Assembly: GCA_002898555.1 (NCBI GenBank)
Contig: BEHR01000002.1
Span: 9,898-73,897 of the forward strand
DNA from: a bacterium HR15
GTDB lineage: Bacteria > Armatimonadota > Fimbriimonadia > Fimbriimonadales > GBS-DC
Direction: 5' to 3'
Length of the DNA stretch: 64,000 nucleotides
Part shown: in pieces, positions 31,019 through 40,703 of the stretch
How positions within the stretch are numbered: the first letter of the stretch is position 1
Layout of the letters: each line of letters begins with the position of its first letter
The notes under the pieces: generated by a model
Databases searched by the model: none
The model's input: the letters and a program-made list of their open reading frames with translations, nothing else
Told to the model about the DNA's origin: nothing
Program-made: the position numbers and the translations under genes

Positions 31019-32527
31019 ATGCTCGAACTCTGGAAATACGGACTGCTCTGGTTCAGCGCGGGATTTTACGGCTACCTGATCGTGCACCACACGATTCAGG
31101 CGTTCTTGTCCGAGCAGCGCAAAGCCAACTTGCGGCTCGTGATATTGCTGGTCAACTGCCTCGTGTTCTCCATCGTCGACAGCCAGCTGCTAAGCCCTAT
31201 CCCCGTACCCCATCCTGCTGTGCGCTTGCTCACCACGGTGCAGTTCGTCGCTTCGGTTTTCTGCGCGGTGCTTTTTGTTGAACTGCTCAACGAGCTGCTG
31301 GCGTTGCGAATAGACCGCGGAGTGCGCTGGCTATGGGGCGCGACCGCAGGGCTTGGTGCGATGGTGCTGCTGGGTCTCATTGTAGGAACCCGGACCGAGG
31401 TCATTTTTCTGCCCCTTCTGCAGGGCTACTATGTTCGAAATGCCAGCACGCCATTGGGCTATATCGCCTCCGCCCTTTTTCTGAGCGCGTTTTTAGGCGC
31501 GTTCGGGCTGGCATTTGCTTCCTGGCGCAGACAACCACCCCCGAATCGCTGGATGCTCTCCATAGTGAGCCTGATCGTGCCGTTGGTGCTGGTGGATATG
31601 CTAACCTACTATGGAATCCTTGCGGTTGTGCCCACATGGAACCTCTGCTACGCCATTATCTCGGCTGCGCTCTCCACGCGACTGAACGCTCAGATCTACG
31701 AACTGACCAACCACCTGCGTCAAGCGCATGAGGAACTCCAAGCCGCTTATCGCCAAATGATTGAGCAGGAACGGCTAAGCACCATCGGGCAAATTGTCCG
31801 GGGCATCGTGCACGACCTGAAGAACTTCTTCAACACGGTGCAGTCGCTCGCCGATGTGGGCATCTTGCGTCTGAAGCGAGATCCTACCTTTGACCCCGCG
31901 GATTACTTTGCCAACATCGGCTCCACGACGCGCAAGGCACACCAATATCTGCTGGATATGCTGGAGATGACGCATGAACAAGGGGAAATGCAATGGGAGG
32001 AGGTATCGCCTGCGGAACTCGTTCAAGAAGTGGCACGATTGTCAGGTGCGCGCTTTCTCAACCCGCCTGTGCAAGTGGTCAACCACATCCCCACTCACTT
32101 ACGTATGCAAGCAGACCGCCGCTACATGACTCAGCTCTTCCTGAACCTCACCCTGAACGCCATTCAGGCAATGCGTGACTGGCAAGGCGAACGGCTCATC
32201 GAATTCGGTTGGATCGAACAGCCCGACTGCACGGTGTTGATGATGCGCGACACGGGTCCTGGCTTGCCCGAGCAAGTGAGCGCCCACCTGTTCGAACGGG
32301 AAGTGACCACGAAACAGGGAGGCAGTGGGCTTGGGCTTATGCTGGCACGGCGCGCTTTGGAAAAGCATGGCGCCCAAGTCGAGGTCCATTCCGTCCCAAA
32401 CGCGGGTACCCAATTCATTTTCCGATTCCCGACTCCGCCCCGTTTCGCCTCCACAAGTGACGGTTCTGCCGTTCCGACCCATCCCCCCGATCCTTCCGAG
32501 TCGCAGGCACGCCACCTCGCCGCCTGA
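31019..32527 (+). CDS. membrane sensor histidine kinase (7TM-like input)
   Basis: H-box IVHDLKN, N-box QLFLNLTLNA, DTGPG, TTK..GSGLGL. Confidence 0.92.
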   Translation: MLELWKYGLLWFSAGFYGYLIVHHTIQAFLSEQRKANLRLVILLVNCLVFSIVDSQLLSPIPVPHPAVRLLTTVQFVASVFCAVLFVELLNELLALRIDRGVRWLWGATAGLGAMVLLGLIVGTRTEVIFLPLLQGYYVRNASTPLGYIASALFLSAFLGAFGLAFASWRRQPPPNRWMLSIVSLIVPLVLVDMLTYYGILAVVPTWNLCYAIISAALSTRLNAQIYELTNHLRQAHEELQAAYRQMIEQERLSTIGQIVRGIVHDLKNFFNTVQSLADVGILRLKRDPTFDPADYFANIGSTTRKAHQYLLDMLEMTHEQGEMQWEEVSPAELVQEVARLSGARFLNPPVQVVNHIPTHLRMQADRRYMTQLFLNLTLNAIQAMRDWQGERLIEFGWIEQPDCTVLMMRDTGPGLPEQVSAHLFEREVTTKQGGSGLGLMLARRALEKHGAQVEVHSVPNAGTQFIFRFPTPPRFASTSDGSAVPTHPPDPSESQARHLAA

Positions 32528-32532
32528 AGGCG

Positions 32533-32564
32533 AACAGGCTTTGCTCCCATACTGAAGCAAAGCC
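32533..32564. terminator. hairpin after the histidine kinase
   Basis: CAGGCTTTGCT / AGCAAAGCCTG 11-bp stem; weak T tail. Confidence 0.45.
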
Positions 32565-32758
32565 TGGCACTTTTGCGAGGTACACACGGTTCCCCGCAGC
32601 CTCTGTCCGTGAAAAACCCGCACTCTTCGCAGGTGAATCGGGGGCGTGGTCTATGGAATAACTTCGTCAGTGGGGGAGAGACCGCGGGAACACTGCCGCC
32701 CGAACCGCTGAGGTTTTTCCCCCGCCAACCCAGAATAAGGAGGATGGAGGGAGACACT

Positions 32759-33109
32759 ATGATGCACAAATTGATGAACCGACGCCGTGAGCGAGGCTTC
32801 ACGCTCGTCGAGATTATGATCGTGGTGCTGATTATCGGCATCCTGCTCGCGATTGCCGTGCCGAACTTTATGAGCGCACGCGAGCGTTCCCGTGCGAATG
32901 CTTGCCGTTCCAACCTGCGCCAGATTCAAGCCGCCAAGGAGCAGTGGGCAATGGCGAACAACCAGGGTCCCACAGCCACACCGACCCAAGCGGACCTGTC
33001 ACCTACCTTTATTCAGACCTGGCCCAGCTGCCCTTCAGGGGGAACCTACACTATCGGCAACATGAGCACGAACCCGACCTGCAGCGTTGGCGGCGATCAC
33101 AGCCTGTAA
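32759..33109 (+). CDS. type IV pilin / ComGC-like prepilin
   Basis: RG|FTLVEIMIVVLIIGILLAIAVPNF N-methylation motif; CPSGGTY, C..GDH; RBS GGAGGGAG. Confidence 0.92.
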   Translation: MMHKLMNRRRERGFTLVEIMIVVLIIGILLAIAVPNFMSARERSRANACRSNLRQIQAAKEQWAMANNQGPTATPTQADLSPTFIQTWPSCPSGGTYTIGNMSTNPTCSVGGDHSL

Positions 33110-33133
33110 TCGCCCGAAGATGGCCCTATCTGA

Positions 33134-33206
33134 CAAAATTTCTTCTCCGGCACAGCAGCAACATTTTTCCTCTGACCCGCAAGGGTACTCTGGAGAAGAA
33201 AATTTG
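33134..33206 (-). repeat. variant family A palindromic element with an extra arm
   Basis: CAAAATTTCTTCTCC...CATTTTTCCTCTGACCC-GCAA-GGGTACTCTGGAGAAGAAAATTTG. Confidence 0.75.
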
Positions 33207-33210
33207 GGAT

Positions 33211-33246
33211 GCCCCATCCACGATGGATGGGGCTTTCTATTTTCTT
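33211..33246 (+). terminator. intrinsic terminator after the pilin
   Basis: GCCCCATCCA-CGA-TGGATGGGGC followed by TTTCTATTTT. Confidence 0.8.
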
Positions 33247-33249
33247 GGG

Positions 33250-34314
33250 CTATGTGCCGGGCACGAAGCTCATGTCAGGGGTGAGGCGTCGGGTGAATGC
33301 TGCCAGCAAGCGGGCAGCATTCTCCACATCGTCCAACGCCAGCAGCTCGCAAGGGGTGTGCATATAGCGTAAAGCCACCGACACCAACCCGGTAGCCATG
33401 CCGGCACGGCTGATCTGCATCGCGTTGGCGTCGGTGCCTGTGCCACCCCCGATCGCCTCAATCTGATAGGGGATGCCCTCTTCCTGCGCAGTTTGCACCA
33501 GCAGTTCAAACACGCGCGGATTGATGTTCGCTCCCCGGCAGATCACAGGACCTTTGCCCGGCACAATCTCGCCGACGCGCTTTTTGTCCACACCCGGATA
33601 GTCGGAAGCGTGCGTTACATCGACCGCGATGCCGACCTGGGGGTCCAGCCCGTACGCGCTGGTGCGTGCGCCGCGCAGCCCAATCTCTTCCTGCACGGTC
33701 GCGACGGCGAACACAGCCGCGGCCGGGCGGCTTTCACTGAGCAGGCGCAGCGCCTCCGCCACGATAAATGACCCCATCTTATTGTCGAACCCACGCGCGG
33801 TGGCAAAGCCGTTCATCAAGGGGGTAAACTCCGCGGCAAAGGTGATAGGGTCGCCGATGCGCACCTTTTCCTCGGCGGCTGCTTTGCTACCCGCGCCAAT
33901 ATCGACCCATAGCTCGTGCAGTTTGGGCGCCTTGTTGCGTTCATCCTCTTCCAGCAAATGGATAGGCTTGCGCCCGATAACGCCCGGGAGAGGTCCTGAT
34001 GCGGTATGCACATAGACGCGCTGCCCCACAGGGATGACCGAATCGTGCCCTCCGATGGGTCCGAAGTAGAGGAAACCTTCATCGGAGATATAGCGCACGA
34101 TAAAGCCGATTTCATCCATATGTCCCGCGAACATCACGCGCGGCTTGCCCGACGGGTTCAGCGCCGCAATCACATTGCCCATTACATCGGTGGTCACCTC
34201 ATCGGCAAACTCGCGCGTGTAGCGACGATAGATTTCCGCGGCGCGATACTCATAGCCCGATGGCGACGGTGCGTTCACGATAGCCCGGAAAAACTCCAAC
34301 GATTCGGGTCTCAT
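33250..34314 (-). CDS. M42 family (TET-like) aminopeptidase
   Basis: SPSGYE, GHMDEIG, FDNK.G, TVQEEIGLRGA, GTDA, RYMHTP. Confidence 0.93.
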   Translation of the reverse strand: MRPESLEFFRAIVNAPSPSGYEYRAAEIYRRYTREFADEVTTDVMGNVIAALNPSGKPRVMFAGHMDEIGFIVRYISDEGFLYFGPIGGHDSVIPVGQRVYVHTASGPLPGVIGRKPIHLLEEDERNKAPKLHELWVDIGAGSKAAAEEKVRIGDPITFAAEFTPLMNGFATARGFDNKMGSFIVAEALRLLSESRPAAAVFAVATVQEEIGLRGARTSAYGLDPQVGIAVDVTHASDYPGVDKKRVGEIVPGKGPVICRGANINPRVFELLVQTAQEEGIPYQIEAIGGGTGTDANAMQISRAGMATGLVSVALRYMHTPCELLALDDVENAARLLAAFTRRLTPDMSFVPGT

Positions 34315-34784
34315 TTCTTCCCTCCTGATCGATGTAGTAGATTGGTCATTTCTAATGCGCTGAGGGCAGCTTCGGCGCCTTTGTTGCCCGCCTTGCCCCC
34401 GGCGCGTTCCAGGGCTTGCTCAAAGGTCGCCTCGGTCAGGATCCCCAGCGCCATAGGCACTTCCGTCTCCAGCATCAGCTGTGTCAGCGCGTGGCAGACC
34501 GAGGCGCTGATATGGTGTGCGTGGCTCGTTTCGCCCTGCAGAACCGCGCCCAGACAGATGACGGCATCGTAGCGTTTGGAGCGAGCGCAACGAGCAGCAA
34601 CCAGAGGGATTTCCCAGCTGCCCGGCACGCGGTAGATGTCGATGGCATCGTCCGATACGCCATGCCGATGCAGCACGCTCAGCGCGCCCGTTAGGAGCTG
34701 CTCGGTGATCAGTGCGTTATAACGACTGACCACTATCGCGAAGCGCTGTTCCTTCGCCTGCAAACCGCCCTCATACACTGGCAT
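34311..34784 (-). CDS. ribH: 6,7-dimethyl-8-ribityllumazine synthase
   Basis: VPGSWEIP, ICLGAVLQGET.H, GNKG.EAA. Confidence 0.95.
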   Translation of the reverse strand: MPVYEGGLQAKEQRFAIVVSRYNALITEQLLTGALSVLHRHGVSDDAIDIYRVPGSWEIPLVAARCARSKRYDAVICLGAVLQGETSHAHHISASVCHALTQLMLETEVPMALGILTEATFEQALERAGGKAGNKGAEAALSALEMTNLLHRSGGKK

Positions 34785-34880
34785 CGCACATAACTATACC
34801 CGCCAAGCGTTTGGAGGGCGTGTAGGGGAGCAGATTAGGTCGGGCAGCCATTTGGGTTATAATAAACCCTCGGTGAGAGC

Positions 34881-35130
34881 ATGCCTGACGGAAAGAATCC
34901 CCTTCAGGAGGTTGAGGTGCTGGTATTGGGTGCCGGTTTAGCAGGCTCAGTGGCTACCTATCGCTTGCAACAGGCAGGCTGTCGGGTGGCGCTGATCGAG
35001 GCGCGTGCGCGTGTGGGGGGCGCGTGTACACAACCTACGACTGGGCAGAAGGGCAGTATGCGGAATTAGGACCGGAATTTATCGATACCGGGCAGCACAG
35101 ACGATTCTCAAGCGGCTCAAGAGGTACACT
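34881..35130 (+). pseudogene. truncated, frameshifted flavin amine oxidase N-terminus
   Basis: VLGAGLAG...IEARARVGG then, after a frame change in a G6 run, RVYTTYDWAEGQYAELGPEFIDTGQH; remainder absent. Confidence 0.75.
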
Positions 35131-35140
35131 ACTGCAAGCG

Positions 35141-35610
35141 ATGGAAGGCAGAGCGCCCCGCGAAAGTGAGGTTGTGCTACCCAGATGATGAATCCCGAGC
35201 ACGCAAACCCGCTGGGGAATGTGCATGGGGGATGGATTCTGAAGTTGATTGATGAGGCAGGTGGGATTGTTGCTTCCCGCCATGCGCGTCGCCCCGCAGT
35301 GACCGTCGAAATCGACTCGGTCAGCTTTCAGGCGCCGGTGCATGTGGGCAATCTGGTGCATGTGCGGGCGCGCATTACACGCGCATGGCGTACCTCGATG
35401 GAGATTGAAGCGGTGGTCGAGGCGGAAAACTTACTTACGGGTGAGCGACGCTTGACCTCACAGGCGTATCTGGTCTATGTCGCGCTGGACGAAGCAGGTC
35501 GCCCTACCTCGGTACCGCCTGTGATTCCCGAAACGGACGAGGAGCGCCGCAAATGGGAGCAAGCCGACCAGCGCCGTGCCGAGCGCCTCGCCCGGCGCGA
35601 GCACGGGTAA
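35141..35610 (+). CDS. acyl-CoA thioesterase (hotdog, YciA-like); apparent frameshift near 35180, track ORF 35185..35610
   Basis: PEHANPLGNVHGGWILKLIDE, RTSMEI, YVALD; probable N-terminus MEGRAPRESEVVL lies in another frame. Confidence 0.85.
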
Positions 35611-37182
35611 TCACGGCAACCCAGTCAACGATACACCCATCAACAACACACTCGGTTCTCGTCGCCAGTACAGGAACGGCTCGATACAGTGCTGTCGCCA
35701 GCCAAGCAGCAGCTGCACATCGTACAGCTGCTGCCGATTCAGGTCATATTTCAGCAGGGCACCCAACCGAAGGTTACCCCATTGCCCCTCCCCACGCAAC
35801 GCGAGTTCGTTCCGTGCCACAGGGCGGTCTACAACGAAAGGGGTGCTGCCCGTGGTTTGAGCAAAGGCATAGCCAAGCATGAGTCGGAACCGTTCCGAAG
35901 GTTGATAGGATATCTCGATTTGGGGACGCAGCCAGTCCAGACGCTGGTTGCTCTCATAACGCACATGGCTTGCCCACAAGTGCAGATTCAGCTCGAACGG
36001 CCGATGCATCAGGGGCTGCAACCATTCCGCTTCCAGAGCGAGCCGCCGTTGCGTGGGAGTGTGCTCGCGCATCTTCCCCACGCGCAGAGTTAGCCCACCT
36101 GCACCTTCCCCCAGGGCAAACCCTGTGCTGAGCGCGATCTCAAAGGGGCGCGAAACACGCAGGTGTGCCTCCCTTCCCAACAGGGGGCGTATATTGGATG
36201 CATGCTCAATGCGTAGAGTGGTGGTCCGCTCATGCAGCGCGGTGCGTTCACGGTCGGGTGTGATGCGCAGGTTGTACAGTGTGCTTGCTTCCAGTCGCTG
36301 GCTCAATTCGGGTTCCATCAGGGTGGGCATATCCCCTGTCAGCGCGACGGCAAGCGCGAGGCGCGTTTCGGGCACGGCATGTCCGTAGAACGCGCCATGC
36401 AGCGCAAGCAGGGCACGCTCTCCGAGAGGTAGCTCCCATTGATACCGTGCGCCCAGCCCTGTGTCGGGGCTGTAGGTCGGGGTGGGCAGCTCCAGGGTTT
36501 CGCGTCGCTCACGCAGGCGCAAAGTGAGTGTTGGTAATCGTAACAGCGTGCGCCCTTTCCAGCGTAGGCGGGCATTAAAAAGGCGCAACCGCTCGCCCCC
36601 GAGCAAGCGCACGCGCTCCGCCTCCACCGTAAAATCGGGTGGATCGCGCTCGCAGACGGTGGCGCGCACCCTTTGCGCCTCGAACTGTTGGAGGTCGCCT
36701 GCCATCTCCTGCGCCCAGAGGCGCAACGGCGGGGGATGGGTAGTAGGGGATAAGTAGCGAGAGGAATGCCTTCCCGCCCCACTATCCGAAACGCGCCCCT
36801 CGCTACCCGCTAAAGGGTAGAGAATCGCTTCCACCTGACTGAATCGCCCGCGCCGCTGCTCATAGAAATATTCCAGTCGCTGCCCGCGCAGGTGACCTTC
36901 TGGGGCAATCAGCTCAAAAGGGGTCTCCCCACGCACACGCGCTTGGGCGGTGTCCACCTGTAGTCTCTCCGTGCGGAGAGAACGCCCCCCATAAAGCAGC
37001 TCAACAGCACCTTGTAGCTCCAACTGCAGCGTGCCATCTGGCTGGCGAGTCGCACGAGAATAGAGGGCACGCAGGGTGAGAGATTGGGTAGCAAGGAAGC
37101 CTTCTGCCTTGACCTCATGCCCAAGCCACACAGAAAACACAGGGAGCGCAAGCAGGGAGGCGAGCCGACACACCGCCCTCAC
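35611..37182 (-). CDS. LptD-like / organic-solvent-tolerance outer-membrane protein
   Basis: signal peptide, OstA-like beta-jellyroll segments, TVCERDPPDF, C-terminal RQHC.E; family assignment inferred. Confidence 0.6.
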   Translation of the reverse strand: MRAVCRLASLLALPVFSVWLGHEVKAEGFLATQSLTLRALYSRATRQPDGTLQLELQGAVELLYGGRSLRTERLQVDTAQARVRGETPFELIAPEGHLRGQRLEYFYEQRRGRFSQVEAILYPLAGSEGRVSDSGAGRHSSRYLSPTTHPPPLRLWAQEMAGDLQQFEAQRVRATVCERDPPDFTVEAERVRLLGGERLRLFNARLRWKGRTLLRLPTLTLRLRERRETLELPTPTYSPDTGLGARYQWELPLGERALLALHGAFYGHAVPETRLALAVALTGDMPTLMEPELSQRLEASTLYNLRITPDRERTALHERTTTLRIEHASNIRPLLGREAHLRVSRPFEIALSTGFALGEGAGGLTLRVGKMREHTPTQRRLALEAEWLQPLMHRPFELNLHLWASHVRYESNQRLDWLRPQIEISYQPSERFRLMLGYAFAQTTGSTPFVVDRPVARNELALRGEGQWGNLRLGALLKYDLNRQQLYDVQLLLGWRQHCIEPFLYWRREPSVLLMGVSLTGLP

Positions 37183-37183
37183 C

Positions 37184-38110
37184 TCAGGCTTCCCAGGCGA
37201 ACGGCTCGGCGTCGGTCAACACGCGCGCCGTTTGGATGACCTCGCGCAGGTAGGGCGGAATGGCGAACATCGCAAAATGGGTCTGCGGGTCATAATAGCG
37301 CAGCCCGCGTACTCCGCGCACCTCCAATCGATTTGCCACCTCGTCAGGCGTGAGCGCAAGCGGATCGTGCTTCTTGGATGCCAGCACGAAGCCCCATGGT
37401 AGCATGAACGATGCGACGAACGACCAATAAGGGCGCACGATGGGGAATACCTCTTGTAAAGTGCGCACGATGCAGCCGTACAGCTGGGGATAGAGAGGAT
37501 CGCCTGCACCCGACTGAACCGTCAAGACGCCCTCGTCGGTCAGCGCGTCATAAATCATCTGATAGAATTCACGCGTAAATAGATATTGCGAGGGTCCTGC
37601 CTCCAGCGGGTCCGTCAAATCGGACACAATCACATCGAAATGGTTGCGATACCGAGGAATGACTTGGCGAGCATCATCAAAAATGAGCGTCGTGCGCGGA
37701 TCGGAGAAGGAACCCTGATGCCATTCGGGCATGTATTGCTCGCAGTAGCGCACCAGCTGCTCGTCGATATCGACCATCACGGCTTGCTGCACTGTTTGAT
37801 GGCGCAAAACCTCGCGCAGCGTTGCGCCTTCGCCACCCCCTGCGACCAACACGCGCTGTGGGTTCGGATGCGTCACCATGCCGGGCTGAACCATCGGCTC
37901 ATGGAACATGTATTCGTCCAGCAGCGCAGACTGGATTTTGTTATCCAGAAAGAGCGTCTTGCCGTAGCCTGCCAGTTCCACCAGCATCGCGTGCTGGAAG
38001 CGGGTCTGGGCGATCTGGTATACCTGTTTCACGCGATAGGTGTACATCACCGCATCGGTGTGTGTCTCCGAAAGCAATAACCCTCCGCATACATGGTGTG
38101 CCGCCGCCAT
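37184..38110 (-). CDS. speE: polyamine aminopropyltransferase (spermidine synthase)
   Basis: LDNKIQS..DEY.FHE, GGGEGATLRE, VDID, DVIVSDLTDP. Confidence 0.93.
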   Translation of the reverse strand: MAAAHHVCGGLLLSETHTDAVMYTYRVKQVYQIAQTRFQHAMLVELAGYGKTLFLDNKIQSALLDEYMFHEPMVQPGMVTHPNPQRVLVAGGGEGATLREVLRHQTVQQAVMVDIDEQLVRYCEQYMPEWHQGSFSDPRTTLIFDDARQVIPRYRNHFDVIVSDLTDPLEAGPSQYLFTREFYQMIYDALTDEGVLTVQSGAGDPLYPQLYGCIVRTLQEVFPIVRPYWSFVASFMLPWGFVLASKKHDPLALTPDEVANRLEVRGVRGLRYYDPQTHFAMFAIPPYLREVIQTARVLTDAEPFAWEA

Positions 38111-38144
38111 GTTTTTTTCCTCCTTACAGTGAGTAGTGAGTTTG

Positions 38145-39221
38145 CTATTCGCGATTCATCAGCTTTGCCAGTTCCGCCTTGAGCCGATCGATGTAGTCGA
38201 TGGTATACGGATCTACGCCGTTGAGGTATGCCAGATAGAGGCTGACGAAATCGCCGAGATAGGTCAGTGTGAGTAGGCGTTCAAGCAGACTCTCGCCTTC
38301 TGCCCAAACCTCGTGCCAGTCGGCCGCGTCTCCCACGAGCTGGCGTGTGACCTCGATGCGCGTGCGCGTTTGAATGCTCTCGTCGGGGTCGCGCAGCGCC
38401 ACGACGGCAAAGTTTTTTGCCTGCTGCTTCGCACCGACCCAACCCAAAATCTCATTATGGTTCAGTTCGGGGAAGGTGTTTGCGAAGGCGTGTTGCTTTG
38501 CGTTCTCGTTGAACTGCCCCTTCCAGCGTGTGGCAACAATCGCGCGATAGCTGCCTGAACCATAGAGCAGGGGGAGCTTACCGTGGAGTGCGGAAGCGAG
38601 CTGCTTTGCGGGATTCTGCTCATAAGGCGTGCTGATGCCCCAGTGGTCGCGTCCCTGCACCAGTCGCTGCAGGGTTCGGATACGCGCCTGCTCCAGGTTG
38701 GGTAGCAGGTGCCACCGCTCACATAGCACCACCATCGGCAGAAGGAGGTAGCCGAGCGCGGTACGCGGCGGTTGACCACTTGGCACCTGCAGGTGGGGGA
38801 TGCCCTCCATCTGGGCACGCGCTTGAAGCTCGCCTCCGCTGGAGATCGCGACCACCATCGCGTTGCGCGCACGCGCCTCCGCATAGCACGCAAGCGTCTC
38901 CTCCGTATTGCCTGAATAGCTTACTGCGAAGAGCAGCGTGTGGTCATCGGCGCAGTGCGGCAGGTGATAATCGCGCACCACCAGCACGGGCAGGTTGCCC
39001 AGCGCTTCGAACAGGGCGCGTAAGTAATCGCCCCCGATGCCGGAGCCACCCATGCCGCTGACCACGACCAAGCGCGGCTCACGGGGCAGCGCGGGCAATC
39101 GCCATTCCAGTGCAATGGCGACGGCACGCTCATATTGTGATGGAAAATCGAGCGTGAGCGCCATCATACCGCGCGGGTCCGCAGTGTGAAGCACTCCCTG
39201 TTCATCCAAAAGGTGTGCCAT
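38145..39221 (-). CDS. bifunctional phosphoglucose/phosphomannose isomerase
   Basis: GMGGSGIGG, SYSGNTEET, QPPR, RWK.QFNENAK, PELNHNE. Confidence 0.92.
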   Translation of the reverse strand: MAHLLDEQGVLHTADPRGMMALTLDFPSQYERAVAIALEWRLPALPREPRLVVVSGMGGSGIGGDYLRALFEALGNLPVLVVRDYHLPHCADDHTLLFAVSYSGNTEETLACYAEARARNAMVVAISSGGELQARAQMEGIPHLQVPSGQPPRTALGYLLLPMVVLCERWHLLPNLEQARIRTLQRLVQGRDHWGISTPYEQNPAKQLASALHGKLPLLYGSGSYRAIVATRWKGQFNENAKQHAFANTFPELNHNEILGWVGAKQQAKNFAVVALRDPDESIQTRTRIEVTRQLVGDAADWHEVWAEGESLLERLLTLTYLGDFVSLYLAYLNGVDPYTIDYIDRLKAELAKLMNRE

Positions 39222-39230
39222 CCATGCTCC

Positions 39231-39515
39231 TCACTGGGCGATGTAGGGTAGCAGCGCTAATTCGCGCGCCCGTTTAATCGCCAGTGCCAGTTGCCGTTGG
39301 CACTTGGCGCAGGTGCCTGTCTGGCGGCGTGGGAGAATCTTACCGCGCTCCGAGATGTAGCGTCGCAGACGCGCCACATCTTTGTAGTCGATGGGTTTCT
39401 TCTCAAGACAGAAAGCGCATGTCTTCCGCTTGCGTCGGACACGACGCAGTTTCGCACCAACTTCCAGCTCCTCGTCCAGTTCCTTCTTTTCCAACTCCAA
39501 CGGTTCGATCGCCAT
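39231..39515 (-). CDS. rpsR: 30S ribosomal protein S18 (Zn-binding form)
   Basis: [28 protein letters not shown]. Confidence 0.97.
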   Translation of the reverse strand: MAIEPLELEKKELDEELEVGAKLRRVRRKRKTCAFCLEKKPIDYKDVARLRRYISERGKILPRRQTGTCAKCQRQLALAIKRARELALLPYIAQ

Positions 39516-39539
39516 TTTTCACCTCCGTCTAAGCGCGAA

Positions 39540-40022
39540 TTAGAGCTGTTCGAAGGGGTCGCCCTCGACATCGAAGTTCTCCTCCGCAAATTCGTCCAGC
39601 GGTTCGAGTTCCTCTTCGGGTTCGGGAACGGCAGGGATTCGGGAAGGAGCCGAAGCTCCTGCTGAGCCAACCGCTGCTTGGGTAGGAGCTGCCTCGGCTT
39701 CCGTTTCGCGCGGGCGATCCAGCAGGCGCACCGTCTGCGCGACGATTTCATAAGCTCTGCGCTGAACGCCTTCTCGGTCCGTGTAGGAGCGACTCTGTAG
39801 GCGTCCCTCCACCAGCACCAATCGTCCTTTGGTGGCGTAGTTCGCCATGAAGTCGGCTTGTTGTCGGAAGGCGACCACATCGAAGAAATCCGCCACATCC
39901 TCACCTGAGGTGGGGCGGTTCACCGCGATACGGCAACGCACCACCGCGATCCCATCCGGGGTGGTGCGCAGCTCCGGATCGCGCGTGAGACGACCAATCA
40001 GAATGATGCGATTGTAGTTCAT
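39540..40022 (-). CDS. ssb: single-stranded DNA-binding protein
   Basis: NRIILIGRLTRDPELR, VEGRLQSR, acidic tail DPF. Confidence 0.96.
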   Translation of the reverse strand: MNYNRIILIGRLTRDPELRTTPDGIAVVRCRIAVNRPTSGEDVADFFDVVAFRQQADFMANYATKGRLVLVEGRLQSRSYTDREGVQRRAYEIVAQTVRLLDRPRETEAEAAPTQAAVGSAGASAPSRIPAVPEPEEELEPLDEFAEENFDVEGDPFEQL

Positions 40023-40032
40023 CGTTAACCCC

Positions 40033-40356
40033 CTATGCGTGCGCCAGTGCGGCGACCTCCTCCGGTTCCAGGCGGAAGATGCGAAAACGCAAGATGCTCT
40101 CGGTGATGCTGAGTACCCTCCGCAATTCCTCCGCGGCTGCGGGCATGCCCTCGAACCGGAAGAGCAGGTAGATGCCCTCACTTACATGCTTGATTTCATA
40201 AGCGAACTTGCGCTTATCCCATATTCGCGCCTCGTGAACGGTTGCACCCTGATTTTCGAGCAGTGTACGAAACCGTTCTATCAGGGCATCCACCGCCTCC
40301 TGCTCCATACTGCTGGGCAGAATGACCATCGCCTCATACATTCTCGGTTTGACCAT
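40033..40356 (-). CDS. rpsF: 30S ribosomal protein S6
   Basis: RMYEAMVIL, W.KRKFAYEI, ILRF; rpsF-ssb-rpsR order. Confidence 0.93.
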   Translation of the reverse strand: MVKPRMYEAMVILPSSMEQEAVDALIERFRTLLENQGATVHEARIWDKRKFAYEIKHVSEGIYLLFRFEGMPAAAEELRRVLSITESILRFRIFRLEPEEVAALAHA

Positions 40357-40386
40357 GCCGTATTGACCCTCCTGTCGTGCGTGGCG

Positions 40387-40418
40387 TGGTAGGGGCGCAA
40401 AGTCTTTTGCTCCTACCA
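40387..40418 (+). repeat. GTAG-type REP-like palindrome in the rpsF leader
   Basis: TGGTAGGGGCGCAAAGTCTTTTGCTCCTACCA. Confidence 0.65.
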
Positions 40419-40454
40419 ATGCGTGCAATCCGTTCGCCACTTACCACCGCAAGA

Positions 40455-40703
40455 TTATACCTCATCGCCCGATTGCAACTCCTTCAGCGTTTGTTCGATC
40501 TGTTGGTGGATGCGTTGCTGGGTCTCGGTATCGGGCTCGAAGGTGACCAGCAGCCAATGGCTCTCCTTGGTGTTGGGCGGGAGCCATTCGAGGGGCACGA
40601 CCCAGGTGAAGTAATCGCCTGGCTGCCAGCGTACGACCAGCACAGCGACCCGCTCGCCCTCTTCGAGCGTTTCGATTCGATCCACAAATGCGCGCACAAT
40701 CAT
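40455..40703 (-). CDS. DUF3006-like small protein
   Basis: FVDRIE...AVL, WLPP..KE..WL; ATGA-coupled to polX. Confidence 0.65.
   Translation of the reverse strand: MIVRAFVDRIETLEEGERVAVLVVRWQPGDYFTWVVPLEWLPPNTKESHWLLVTFEPDTETQQRIHQQIEQTLKELQSGDEV

Noticed and set aside
32563-32577. sigma-54 promoter upstream of the pilin (TGGCACTTTTGC)
   Set aside because: The GG-to-GC spacing is 3 nt too short for the -24/-12 consensus.
32672-32725. glycine riboswitch (GGAGAGACC...)
   Set aside because: The downstream conserved CCGAAG and CTCTCAGG elements are missing, and the gene context does not fit.
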